Positions 1 through 11,374 of a DNA stretch of 64,000 nt are shown piece by piece; within the stretch, counting starts at the first letter, position 1; each line of letters starts with the position of its first letter. Position numbers and translations under genes: made by a program. Origin of the DNA: Elsinoe ampelina (taxonomy: Eukaryota); assembly GCA_010093995.1 (NCBI GenBank), contig ML992505.1:609392-673391 (forward strand), written 5' to 3'. The notes under the pieces were generated by a model. The model had not been told where the DNA came from. It saw nothing but the letters and a program-made list of their open reading frames with translations, and did no database searches.

Positions 1-1009
1 TTAGTAAATACTAGTTTAGCCTTTAAGATAGAGAGTAAGAAGTCTCTCTATAGCCTTAAGCCTTAAGCTTCTAGTAGATTATAGTTCCTAGCCTTATCTA
101 TAACCTCTTTCTATTACTAAAGCTAATAGTCTATATTCTATAAGAAAGAGCTAGATAGCTACTTCCTCTAGAGTACTTTAACCTCGAGCTAAATAGCTAT
201 ATTAGATAGAGTAAATCTATTCTTTAATGCCCTAAGGATAGCCTATAGATAAGAATCCCCTTCTAGTTAGATAATAGTAAGAACTTATAGTATAATTAAT
301 AACTAAATAAGGCTTGTAAGATCTGCTAAGGCCTTAAGCTATTTATTATACTATACTTGTTCCTTCTTGTATATCTAGAAGAGTGCTAAAAAGTTAATAT
401 TTACTACCTCTAGCCTTTAAGGCTTAGGGAGCCCTTCTAGTTTAATAGTTTTCTAGGGATTAATAAGGTTCTATATCTTAGTATTTAATACTTTTGTCTT
501 AATAATATATAGCTAGCTAGCCTATTTAGCTAATATAGTAAGAATAATAGGTATTCTAGCTATTAAGGTATTAGTATCTATAGTTATTTATCTCCTTATT
601 AACACCTAAATCCTATAGTTATAGTTAAGGCAGTTCTTAACAGATTCTAATGCTTAAAAAGCAAGATAGTAGAGAATTAACTAATAAATAGAGTAGGAAA
701 GTAACTAAGTAATATACTTATATAGGGGTAGTTATACTAGACTTATAACTATTAACTTATATAGGGGAGAAAAAAGGATTAATTACTACCTAAACTACTA
801 AAATAAGGTAGATTATAACTACATAAATACTTAACCTAGTATACTAAAAGATAGCTAAATTAAAAGAACTTCTTAATAGTAGTAGATTAAGATAATAACT
901 TTCTAATTTAATTATAAATTAGTAGAGTAGTAGATAAGTGTTTAGTTCCACCAGGGGATAAACTGAATCAGGGTCCTTCTTAGCGCTCCAGCTTATACCT
1001 CGGTTGACA
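1..1009 (-). mobile_element. RIP-inactivated Ty1/Copia LTR retrotransposon fragment (LTR ~614-1009 plus degenerate gag N-terminus, running off the left edge)
   Basis: Extremely AT/TpA-rich (RIP signature). The minus strand starts TGTCA at 1009, like an LTR terminus. Mentally reversing RIP on the minus strand gives gag-like peptides (roughly W.SWLYIIKTKA...IWDL.NP and LRALKNRF.PS) resembling fungal Copia gag. The inner LTR boundary is approximate. Confidence 0.7.
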
Positions 1010-1125
1010 TCATTGCCACATCACGTGATACTACTTACGCTCTCATCAATTTTGTTGATGATTATATACACCAAAATTTGCCACTCTAGTCCAAATTACC
1101 ATCGGATCGCATGGTTTTTCAAGCA

Positions 1126-1285
1126 GGCAGCGTGGCCGAGTGGTCTAAGGTATTGCTACTCCGTCCCTGCTCATCACTCTATCGCTAACTCTTAAATGGG
1201 CGAAGGACTTGAATTTGCTATAAAAGTGGCATTATGAAGGTATCCTTTCTCTCCGGAGGCGCAGGTTCAAACCCTGCCGCTGTCG
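1126..1285 (+). tRNA. tRNA-Ser(UGA) with two intervening sequences (1150-1199 in the D-arm; 1214-1241 canonical 37/38 intron)
   Basis: Acceptor stem GGCAGCG/CGCTGTC with G discriminator; A-box TGGCCGAGTGG; anticodon stem AAGGA/TCCTT with CT-TGA-A loop; long variable arm CTC-TCCG-GAG; T-arm GCAGG-TTCAAAC-CCTGC. The cloverleaf forms only after both inserts are removed. Confidence 0.88.
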
Positions 1286-1290
1286 CCCTC

Positions 1291-1295
1291 TTTTT
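1291..1295 (+). terminator. RNA Pol III terminator (T5) of tRNA-Ser
   Basis: TTTTT run 5 nt after the discriminator base. Confidence 0.7.
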
Positions 1296-2203
1296 GCACT
1301 CGTTTCGCATGTCTCAAAGTTACAAAAGGTTGTGGAGAGCTCCCTACAGGAATGGCGAGAGGGCGGTGAACGGCACAGGCAGAATGAGCCGAAAGAGCAT
1401 GGAAACTTTACCCTAGAATGCGGGGGTTTTGTGAGGGATTAAAACCATTCACTTTTAAGCAAGAAAGAGACAAAGGGGAACTCAACACGCGCCGTCGACG
1501 AGGTATGGACTCATTTCGTGTCATGGGCTGAATGATATGTTAATATGCTAGAATTTGATCTCCCTTGATCTATGTAGTACGCCTCCGGCATACTCCTATG
1601 ACACCGAAGGGTTTCCTCGAGCGGGACGACTCCTCCCCGCCCCACTCGCCATTCCCCCCCCCTTTCTTCACCCCCTACTGCATCGCCTGGTAAAGCCAGA
1701 ACACCCTTCCTGTCGGCGGTTTTACCAGATCGTTCACATCACATATATCCAAGATCTGCCAATGTCACTGCGCACCTTTCGTGGCCCTACAGCGTTTCAG
1801 GTCACATTGACACTCAGTGGGTGTGGTTGACACCGGAATTTTGAGATTGCACTCAGCGGTACGCTCCGACTAATCACCAGAACTTGACACAGTCATCTCT
1901 CTTGCCGTATTGCTAGAAAGACTTTCAAAGCTGGTAGTATGGTAGATGTAGCTACCAGCTATGTAGTGATCAAGCCAGATGCACAGATCCTGGGGAAACT
2001 GTTCCTGGTAGTATGTTGCACTTCTACTGTCGGCTTTTTAAGGTGTACCTTTGTCGTAAGCGCTGTGCTCAGTCACACCTCACATGGCAGCCTTCAAAGG
2101 TGCTGGTCCTGGTAGGGTCTCTAGTATGCATGTCACCAAGACTAGCAACCTCAAAGTCTCAGCACGGTGGTCTCGGATCTGTCACTCATGCTCACTTGCT
2201 AGA

Positions 2204-2441
2204 TGCTGGTAGTATTCCAACCAGAGGTCCTGCCAGGGAGTCATTCATTATCACTTGTCGGCTGCTAGTGCTGAGTATACTAGTAGTATTCAAATCTTAT
2301 GTCCTACCAGGAAGTCATTCATTATCAGTTGTCAACTACTAGTGCTAAGTATGCTGGTAGTCTTCGATTGGAAGTCCTACTAGGGAGTCATGAACTATCA
2401 CTTGTCGACTGCTCGCGATAAGTATGCTGGTAGTGTTCTGG
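2204..2441. repeat. Imperfect tandem repeat, 73-74 bp unit, 3 copies plus a partial upstream copy
   Basis: Units start GTCCT(G/A)C at 2227, 2301 and 2374 and share GAGTCATTCATTATCACTTGTCG..CTAGTGCT.AGTATGCTGGTAGT-like sequence. Confidence 0.85.
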
Positions 2442-2499
2442 TGTATCTAATGCCACTACTCCCAGGTTATCCCGCTCAGTATCACCCCTGCATGCCACC

Positions 2500-4191
2500 T
2501 TACATATCCTTAGAACGTTCGAACTCAATAGTGCACGTGTAAACCTTTGAGGCCTTCATAGCCTTCTGGAACTGGCTAGCGTCTTGCTTGTCTTCGATAC
2601 ACTTCATGCCTCGCCAACAATCGCGCTTGATCGGCTTCCGCTTCTGACGCAGATCAATGAGCTCCTCGGGTGAACGGCGCATAGGGTTGTTCGTGTTGAT
2701 GCTACTGAGGTCGAGGACGGTATTGGTAGCGAGATCGAAAAGCTCCGTGCTGGGCGGAGCGATCGAGGGCGGTGGAAACGTGGTGCGAGGCACATGGATA
2801 TATTCCTTGGCCATGTTGTCGTCGTCCCTCTGGTCATCGCTTTCACTACGGATGTACACTGTTGCAGCAACCGTATTCGCAGGGACACAGGTGAACTTGT
2901 TGTCGATGCGACCTTTAAGAAAGTGATGATCGTACTTGAGTAGATCAACCGGCCTGACGATAACTGGATCGCCGGCGTTGGGAGTGGTCTTGGCCGAAGT
3001 CCGGTTGTCGACTTTGAAGACAGCGACGAAGCCATGCGTCCAGAGATCAGGGTGCTTGAATATGTAGGTAGGAACAGCTGTCAAGGGTCCTGCCTGTGAC
3101 GTCTCCTCATCTTCGACAACAGCTTGATCCATGTTGGCGAAAAGGGGAGATGCGGGTGCAGAATCGACGGGGTATTGTTCAAAATTACCCACGCCATCAC
3201 CGACGAGCTGACGCTCAATGCCATACTCGCGGAAGTATTCGACCAGCAACTTGTTGAGCCCTTGACCCTGCACATGCTGACGCGCGAGATTTGCATTCGC
3301 GTCTTCCACAAGGTCCACATGTAAAGCGCCGAAGACCAGGGCGCGGACTTTGCAAGGGTTGGTCATGAAGCATCTGAGCTTGTGTAGCGTACCGGTGCAG
3401 TAAGTGCCATCGAGAATCTTGCCGAGGATGTTGCATCCAAGGAATGGGCCGCCGTTGTACTCAAACTCAATCTCGTAGCCTGGGATCTCCTCAGAAGCCT
3501 GATCCATAAAACCCGCAGGCGCATCGGGGTAGCTCTGGGCAGTCTGCTCATCCTGCGAGCGATCAAGTTTGCGGATACCGATGGCGCCGTTGATGTTGGT
3601 ATGATCGAACTGGGAGATAGTGATAAGCTGGCGAGGGCTGTCGCTGCCGGTGTCGATGTTTGACCCCACTGGAAAGTCACAGTGATAGCCATAGACGATT
3701 AAAGCTGCCATGTGGTTCTCGCGGACGAAATACTGGATCTTGGCGGTGCTTTCGGTCGGATCAATCTTGAAAGGCGGCTTCCGCGGCACATCCGGATTGT
3801 ATGCCGCTGGGGGGTTAATTCTGGCACCCAGCGACATCGCTTTGAGATCCTTGGGGGACACATAGACCTTGTCCTCAACTTGGGGGGCGCTGAGTCCGTG
3901 AGAACGATCGTGGGACTCGAGCCGGGTGGCTTCAGTGCGTTGAGGACGACCTCCAGCTTCGGCCGGCCCTTGAAACTTGGTTGACGACTTGCCTGGCTTC
4001 TCCGGAAACATTGGATCTGCAACTCGAATGCTGTCGTCGTGGGTAGGAACAATGTCGGAAGTGAATTCAAACCCAATCACGGCAGGGTAGGTGTGGATTC
4101 TGGCTTTGTTTCGACCGAATCCTTTCATCGTAGCCATGTATGGCTCTACAACTTCGCGGCGGATGCCATTGGAGTCGTATGGGCTGGCCAT
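2500..4191 (-). CDS. Hypothetical protein (563-aa ORF, possibly continuing after a GTAAGG donor at its 3' end)
   Basis: Long ATG-initiated ORF with coding-like composition; no recognisable domain. Confidence 0.7.
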   Translation of the reverse strand: MASPYDSNGIRREVVEPYMATMKGFGRNKARIHTYPAVIGFEFTSDIVPTHDDSIRVADPMFPEKPGKSSTKFQGPAEAGGRPQRTEATRLESHDRSHGLSAPQVEDKVYVSPKDLKAMSLGARINPPAAYNPDVPRKPPFKIDPTESTAKIQYFVRENHMAALIVYGYHCDFPVGSNIDTGSDSPRQLITISQFDHTNINGAIGIRKLDRSQDEQTAQSYPDAPAGFMDQASEEIPGYEIEFEYNGGPFLGCNILGKILDGTYCTGTLHKLRCFMTNPCKVRALVFGALHVDLVEDANANLARQHVQGQGLNKLLVEYFREYGIERQLVGDGVGNFEQYPVDSAPASPLFANMDQAVVEDEETSQAGPLTAVPTYIFKHPDLWTHGFVAVFKVDNRTSAKTTPNAGDPVIVRPVDLLKYDHHFLKGRIDNKFTCVPANTVAATVYIRSESDDQRDDDNMAKEYIHVPRTTFPPPSIAPPSTELFDLATNTVLDLSSINTNNPMRRSPEELIDLRQKRKPIKRDCWRGMKCIEDKQDASQFQKAMKASKVYTCTIEFERSKDM

Positions 4192-5710
4192 GATTGCGAG
4201 ACCTATCGAGGAATACTGTCAGTGATGTGAAATGGGGTCCTTGCGTTAGATGGAATTACCAGCTTGTTGATGCGTTATGATGCGAATAAGCTTGATGGCG
4301 AAGAGTCCTGGTTCAGAAGAGAGAATTTGTGAAGTATATGAAGCGTGTGACTGTAATAGGCTTGGCGTGGGAGGAACACGAGCTTATGAGCCAATGAGAA
4401 GGAAGATCAATGGAGTGGCGGGTCGTTGACAGGGCGGCGACGATCTTCGATTGCTTGCACCTGATAGAAGTCAGTCACCGTGAAGCGCTAGAAGCTTCCA
4501 TCACTCACTTTGAAGTCGTGATATTGGGAGGGTGGCAAAATTCTGCGCAACACAGTATAGGCGATCGCGAAATTGCTGTGTGAGAGCCCTTGTGGTTCGA
4601 TATATCGGTATGGTAGACACGGATGAAACCGAGCTTGATAAAAGATATGAACAAAAAAAGAGGTGCTGAGACAAGACCACGGGCCTTGTTGAAGAAAAAA
4701 GAGAAGAGGGGGGTGAAGGCAGGACTTGTTTTGTAGCAGCGAGAGCCGCCAGCACAATCACATGCAAACCTGTTTTGTCTCCACTTCACAATTGCCTGCC
4801 CGCCCTCTAGCTAGCCAATAACGTCGATGACCGTCACCCATGCCGCAGCCAATGGCCAATCGATCAAGTGTAAGATCTACCGAGGCTATGACAACGAACT
4901 GTAGATCAAAGCCAGTAAATGACAACAACAAACCTCACTACTCGTTTGAAATGGTCCATGGTCTTCAAGGCTGATCACGATCAATCCGTGGCCACTAATG
5001 TGCGTCCTTCGCATATGACGCTTGCTTGTCTTAGTTGCGAGACTGTACAAGGGCATGTATGCTCATCATCTGAGGCGAAATGGTCGACTCGAATTGCACT
5101 CGCATCGCTGCTGAAGTGCCTTTGTCGCCCGACCACAGCGGACGCGAGGCCGCCCTAATGAGGTTCACTTCCAAGCATTCGGCCGCGCCAAACTTGCTGC
5201 ATATCACGCCATCCCACGCATCATCTGCTGCCACCGGGGTGAGATCCCGTCGACCAGTGGATATGTTTTTGCTTGCGGACTAAACCGGTCGACGAATAGT
5301 GGCCTGCAAAAGTTTAAGAGCAAATTTGACCAAATATGCTTGTTATCGAATTGCCGTTGTACATGTAGAAGGTGACTCCATTTCACAAATTCGCAGATTG
5401 CATTGTTTGTCTCATCATCCGAATTGTCAAGGTTGGACACTGTTGGAATCTTTGACATGTGATGTTCGTTGCTGCGGGACCACCCGTGTTCTTGGCAGGG
5501 TAGACTGTGGCAGGGGCATGTTTCGGCCTTCGACGCCAACATCGAAGCGCAGGAGGAGGTAGGTACACGCAGTACTGATCTTCAGAGTGTCCGGCCCATC
5601 GAATCATACATTACCCGTTGCCAACTGCTGATGCTAGATATGCTGGTATATCTGATACTACACACCACCCTCCCTGTCCGCCACCGCTCCAGACCATTCA
5701 TGCATGCCAC

Positions 5711-8700
5711 CTACTCCTCCTTCTTCCCAGCCAGAAACATCTCCCTGAAATCACTATTACTCTTCCCCTTCTCTCCCTCCTGCTCCTTCCCCTCCACCCC
5801 AGCACCACCTCTCTTGAATCCCAACCCACCCCTTCTCCCTCCCCTTCCCCCGTTCTGCCCAGGACGACTCACGCTCGCCGGCCTCATCCCCAGCCCATTC
5901 TTCTTCTCAGTTGCGCCAGCGTTCTTCTTCCCTCCAGCCAGGAGTGTCGCGACTTCCCCGACCTTGCATTCTGGTCCGAGACTGCTCGCATCCACGTTCA
6001 TGCTCACTTTGCCAGCGTCGGCGACGTTGACGAACTCGACAAGTGCGCCGCCCTTGTCCCGCCGGACAGTGAGTTTCCTGATCGGGCCGAAGGCGGCGAA
6101 GAAGTCGTGCACGCGCACATCATTCACAGTGTCGGGTAGGTTGAGCAAGGCGACCGTCCTTTCACGCTTGGTCTTGGCCGTGTCATTGCTTTCGCCTTCT
6201 GCTGGAGGTGAGCTGGCGTCGGCAGCGCCTTCAGGAGCAGGAGAGGCTGTTTTGGCGGCCTCGAAGACTTTGGTGGTTCCGTGTTTCTTGTTGGCGGCGT
6301 CACGGGAGGACTTGTCTGTCGCGAGAGAGACGCGGAGAATGCGAGACTGCAGAGGCCTGTTGTTAAAGTTGAGAGCGGCTTGCGCTTCGTCCTGGGAGAG
6401 TCAGTACCAGGACCGTCAGCTATGGATGAACATGTACTTACGGATTTGCTAAAGATGATGAAGGCTGTGCCGGTGAACTTGCCATTGGCGGCGTGCAGCA
6501 TTCTCACGGTCTCAATCGTGCCCGCCTCGGCGAAGAACTCTCGAAGATCGTCTTCCGTAGCGGCGTGCTCAATGTTGCCGATGTGGATCTCGCGCCCTTC
6601 CGAGATCGCACCCTGTCTATGTTTCTTTGCGTCTGGATCGCTGATGAGCACGACGAGGCGACTAGACCCATCGATAGCCTTGTCATGGAGCTGAGTGGCC
6701 GCTTGCGCTTCTTGCGAGGTCGAAAATTGAACATAACAGAAGCGGCGACGTTGGTTGAATTTGAGGGACGGGAAACGGATTGACACGATGGTGCCGTAGG
6801 ACGAGAAGAGGTCTCGGACCTCGTTTTCCGCGAAAGACGCAGGGTAGTTGGTAACGTAGAGGGTCGACTGTGTGCCAGATTTGACTTGAATCTCCGCACC
6901 GTCGAGAGTCTTGCCGTCGCGAGTGCGAGCAGTCACAACGTCCTCGGGTGCCTCAAACTCGATGGTAGCTGTCGCTGAAGCTGTCTGATCGTCCTGTGCG
7001 ATGTTGACCGAGAAGATCGTGCCGCAGTCGCCGAAGAACTGTCTCAGTCGTTTCTCGGTAATGTCTGTGGGCAAGCGTAGAACAGTGATTGAATTGTTCT
7101 CTCGGTCACGCTTGATCTGGGCGGACGCAGAGGCTGATGGCTCTGTTCGAACATCATCCGGGGCTATGTCCTCAGTCTTATTGCGCTTCGCAGAGTCGCC
7201 ATTAGTGTCTGGCTCGTCGTCTCGTTTGCGCTTGGCTGTGAAGACGGACTCTTCAGATAGCGGCTGTGCGGTAGGCGCGGCAGCTTGAGCCTCTGCAGCA
7301 GCAGCTTCAGCCTCGCGATCTCTCCTCGCTTTCAGCGCCTTCTGCGACCTGCGCAGCGCGACCTGAGCTTTTTGAATCTCCTCCGGCGATTCATGAGTCT
7401 GGAAATGATGGGCATAGAGTTGATGAATCTTCTCTGGCCAATCCAGATTCTTCTGCTTCATGGCCTCCCGCAACACTTCAGACGCTAGCCGAGGCTGAGT
7501 GCCCGGGCCTTCCACTCTCAGGTTGAAGACAGTCCTTTCAGCACCCCAAACAAAGATCTCCCACTCGTAGTATTGAGCCCAGAAGTCATAGCTATGACCT
7601 TGCAGAGGAACAAGTCTAGCCCACTGACCTCTTGCCTCCTGCATACGTCGAGCCTGGGTCAAAAACTTGATGAAGATCTTCTCGATTCGCCATAGTGGAT
7701 CGCCCTTGAAATCATCACCATATGCTTTCTTCCCATCATTCTCGACATCATTCAGGCACTCTGCAATCGCCATCTCGGCCATATCAACATCATCGTCAGT
7801 CGCCAACGAAGTGAAAGCACGGCGACGTAGATAGCTGCACCAGGTAGAGTAAACGAGCAGGATCTCCTCCATGCCGCCAGTCGGTAGCAGTCCACTGTTG
7901 GTCGCCTTGTGCTTGACGCCCTCCACTTCGTCGTACATTTGAGTGTCTAGCTCCACACGAAGTAGACGTCGGGCCCAGAGCTCGCCTGACCAGGGACAGT
8001 GCCTTGTAGCTCTTTCCAAAAGAGGTAAGATGCCGGTGCTGGCTGTGTCTAGTGTCGTCAGGTAGTCGACATAATCCAACCACCATTCCACCAAAGTCGG
8101 AAAGCGCAGCAGTGCACGTTCATACAAGGCGCATCTTAGCTCGTGGTCAAAAGGTCCGCGTTTCTTCTTGAATTTGCTTTCCCAGTGCAGGTAAGCAGAG
8201 AAAGCATTGTACAGAGCAGCACTGTCGTTACTTCGGAAAGCCTTGGTCAGCTCCAGCTCGTGCATCTCTCGCTTGTTGTGTTCATCTTTGGCAGCTGCTG
8301 CAATCTCGTTGGTCGCAGACATAGTTTCCTCCCAGCTGTCTGCCTTGTGCTTGGAGATGAAAGGCCAGAATGATTGCGAAGTGCCTTCCCAATGTGCGTG
8401 AGGGATCTGTAGCCTGTTCATGTACAATAATTGTACTTCCTCAATGGTTTGCGAAGTGGGCTGTTCTGGAAGATCCTGCATGACGAGCTCAGCGTAGCGA
8501 TTCCAGACGACCTGGCTTTCGTCCATTCGCCACTTGGTTGCTTCCACGGCTTGACTCCAAACCGAGAGGACCATCTTGCGAGAGAAGACTTCCTTGCAGA
8601 TCAGCTTGTCCTCTTCGCTCCAGGTGTCCTCGTCGCCCTCCATGTAGCCATTTGCGACGGCGTATGTCGACCAAACCCATTCGCCATAAAGAGACCAGAG

Positions 8701-9663
8701 CACAACGCTTGCTGGTTCTTCCTGTACAGCCCTCATGCACAACTCCATTACAGCACTTCGCTCTTCGCTAGAGTGTGCGAGTGCACTCTCGTCGTTGATC
8801 CAGTCCCTCCAAATGTCCTCGCCCACTGCATATCGCGAGTCCATTGCTCCGCGGGCCATGCGCAATTCTGTCAGCCACGGGTAGTCTGCAGGATTTGAAG
8901 GCTGTCCACTCTCGTTCAGTGGAGTGTCAGTGTGTGCTTGAAAACCTCGATGAAGCAGGTTGATTAGTTGAGCATGCGAATTGTAGTCATAAGAATTATC
9001 GGCCAGATATGTCGTCAGCTCCTGGATCGTTTTCGCATCGGCCTCTGAAAGTGAAGTAGCAGAGAAGCTCCGTGGTGGCGGTGTTTGCGCTGGCGCCTCA
9101 GCCATGACCAGGTCTGATGCCGAGTGAGTCCTCATATTTGGCGGCGCCTGTCTCACATACGACAGAGACGGTGATCTAGCCAAATCTGGTCTCGATGATA
9201 GACTGTGAGGTGTACCTGGCTGAGCTTTGGTCGATATGTCCGACATGGTGTCGATGTTACTCATCGATGAGTTGCGATGGGCGCTAAGCAGCGAGGGTCT
9301 TTGTTGGGGCTGCGGCGTTGGGGTGCTGAAAGGACTTCCTATTTCCGTCCCAGGAGTGACAGCTGCAGAGACCGACATACGATTGTCCATAATGTAGTGC
9401 TGAGGGGCAGATGCCATTCCTGGTAGGCTCTGAGCAGGTGGCTGTTGATACTGTGGAACTCCATGTTGGCCATTCTGGGCACCGGCCCTGGGTGGTTCTG
9501 GCGATGGGGTGATAAGGACTTCTTGACTTAAGAGGGATGTGGTCCTTGCACCTGCAGCAGGTCTTGGTCTCTTCCTGGTGCTGTTCTGGTTGGCAGTTTG
9601 GTTTGGGGCTTGATTCTGCTGTTGTGGTGCCTCATTGTCGGAAAGTAGTGAAGCAATGTCCAT
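5711..9663 (-). CDS. PRP24: Pre-mRNA splicing factor Prp24/SART3 (HAT repeats, RRMs, C-terminal Lsm-interaction motif); intron 6392-6441
   Basis: HAT-like ERALLRFP/ERATRHCPW, several RRMs (TLYVTNYP..RFCYVQF, IHIGNI..GTAFIIF), and C-terminal KSNSDFREMFL; a GTAAGT..CTGAC..CAG intron joins the two ORFs. Confidence 0.92.
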
Positions 9664-10198
9664 CTTGACAGGGTCCAAGCCGTTTTTATGTGTTGCACTG
9701 TGGCGAACTAGATGCTCACGTGGTGATGTCAATCTTCATCACAAGTGACTGGGAAGCATGAACGAGCTAGTCGCTGGAGCTTGAAAGCGAAGCGCAATGG
9801 CGTCCGTCGTACTGAGAAGTGCGGCTCGTATTGGGGAGCTGCCACCTCTGCCTTGGTGGCAAGCTGTTCAAGAAACCTTTGCGGCTCTGCGGGCAGATAT
9901 TACAGGCAGAAATTATGGAAATGGTCCAGAAATCTCGCCGGACAATGTTTTCAGATCGATCGAAGCGAGCGTTCGGTCTGTTCCCTGACCACTATGCCGC
10001 CAATTGTGGAGTCGAAGGCCAAATGTCAATGATTTGTTCTCCCTAAAAATTAGCTGAGGATGTGCTGTCAAACGGCGAGCCATTCGGAATGGTCAAAGCT
10101 TCCGCTTCCCATACTCGCCTGCCAAGGCCTGCACTTTTTCAACTTCACCTCGCTGTCGACATCACAAGCACCTTGTCATTCCGAGGTGCGCAAATAGC

Positions 10199-11283
10199 AT
10201 GAATGGACCGTTACGGCAGCGGAAGCTGCTAACAGACTGTAAGATTGACAATAGCGTCGACACCCACGTCCCATACTAATACCACCTCTAGCCCTCCAAT
10301 GCCTCAACCACCAACCCACCCTCCTCGCCTCTCCATCCCCCATCCAGCGCCGCACCTTCCTCGGCGGACTCTTCGGCCGCAAGAAAGGCAAGAAAAAATC
10401 CACCGAATCCCGCGCCTCCTCCCCCTTCCTCAACGAACTCCTCGAACGCAAAAAGCCCACCAAACAAAAAGCCCCGGAAAAGGGCGACCTCTCCGCCAGC
10501 TCCCTCTTCAACACCGATGCCGACACCCCTGCCGCCCCTGAAAGTACCGGTGACCGCCCCATCACGGAGGGCAACGAGACCTACATCGCCGGCCAACGAC
10601 GAAACATCGCCGAGATGCAAATGGTGCTTGACCCCAACCCACGCGCACGAGAGCTGTGGCAGCGACGGAAAGTCATCCAGTTAGCGCGCAAGAAGGAACG
10701 CCTCACCCACGACCAGTTCATCAAGCAGACGGAGCGTGAAGTCACGGTCAGAAGCGAGAACTTCAAGACCAGCACGAAGAAGCTCGGTATGCTGGCGCGG
10801 CAAATCCAGGGCAAGACGGTGGATGAGGCGATCGTGCAGATGCGTTTCAGCAAGAAAAAGGTGGCGCAGGAGGTGAAGAAGCATTTGGAGTATGCACGAG
10901 ATATGGCGACTGTGAGTCGCGGAATGGGACTGCAGGGACGGATTGAAGGGGAGGTGGAGACGCCGAAGCAGGATGGGCCAGTGGACATTGAGCGTAAAGA
11001 TGGGAAGAGGTACACGGTCGATGACCGGAGTAAGATCTATGTTGACCAGGCGTGGGTGGGACGGGGCCCGTATGGACAGGAGCCGGATTATAGGGCGAGA
11101 GGAAGGGTTAATATCATGAGGCCGCCATGGACGCATTTGAGCTTGAAGTTGAAGGAGGAGGGAACGTTGGTGAGGGAGTGGCAGGAGAGGGAGGATAAGA
11201 GGCGGAAGCAACGTGAGAGCAAGGTCTGGGTGCCGTTGCCGGATAGACCGATTCAGGGTCAAAATCAGTACTATACATGGTGA
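10199..11283 (+). CDS. MRPL22: Mitochondrial ribosomal protein uL22m; intron 10239-10291
   Basis: L22 motifs KTSTKKLGMLARQIQGK..A..QMRFSKKK and YRARGRVN; the intron restores the frame from ATG 10199. Confidence 0.9.
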
Positions 11284-11374
11284 AGCTGTAAGATATGCGA
11301 ATTTTCTCCGACCCAAATTTGTGCCTCTCCCCACCGGTGATGATCGGTCTATGTTCCGTTCTTTTAAGACTGCA

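Noticed and set aside
1143..1201. Bulge-helix-bulge (archaeal/red-algal type) explanation for the D-arm insert
   Set aside because: For the three possible junction registers I could not form the 4-bp central helix; spliceosomal signals fit better. Relaxed motifs are not excluded.
1004..1416. ORFs 1004-1195 and 1234-1416
   Set aside because: They overlap the LTR edge and tRNA gene; spurious.
2204..2441. CRISPR-like array
   Set aside because: Whole units are homologous with no unique spacers; eukaryotic context and no cas genes.
4200..5620. Short ORFs between the orphan gene and PRP24
   Set aside because: No recognisable product or consistent splice model.
5711..9663. Functional link between PRP24 and the nearby intron-bearing tRNA
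   Set aside because: Proximity (~4.4 kb) is the only evidence; likely coincidence.
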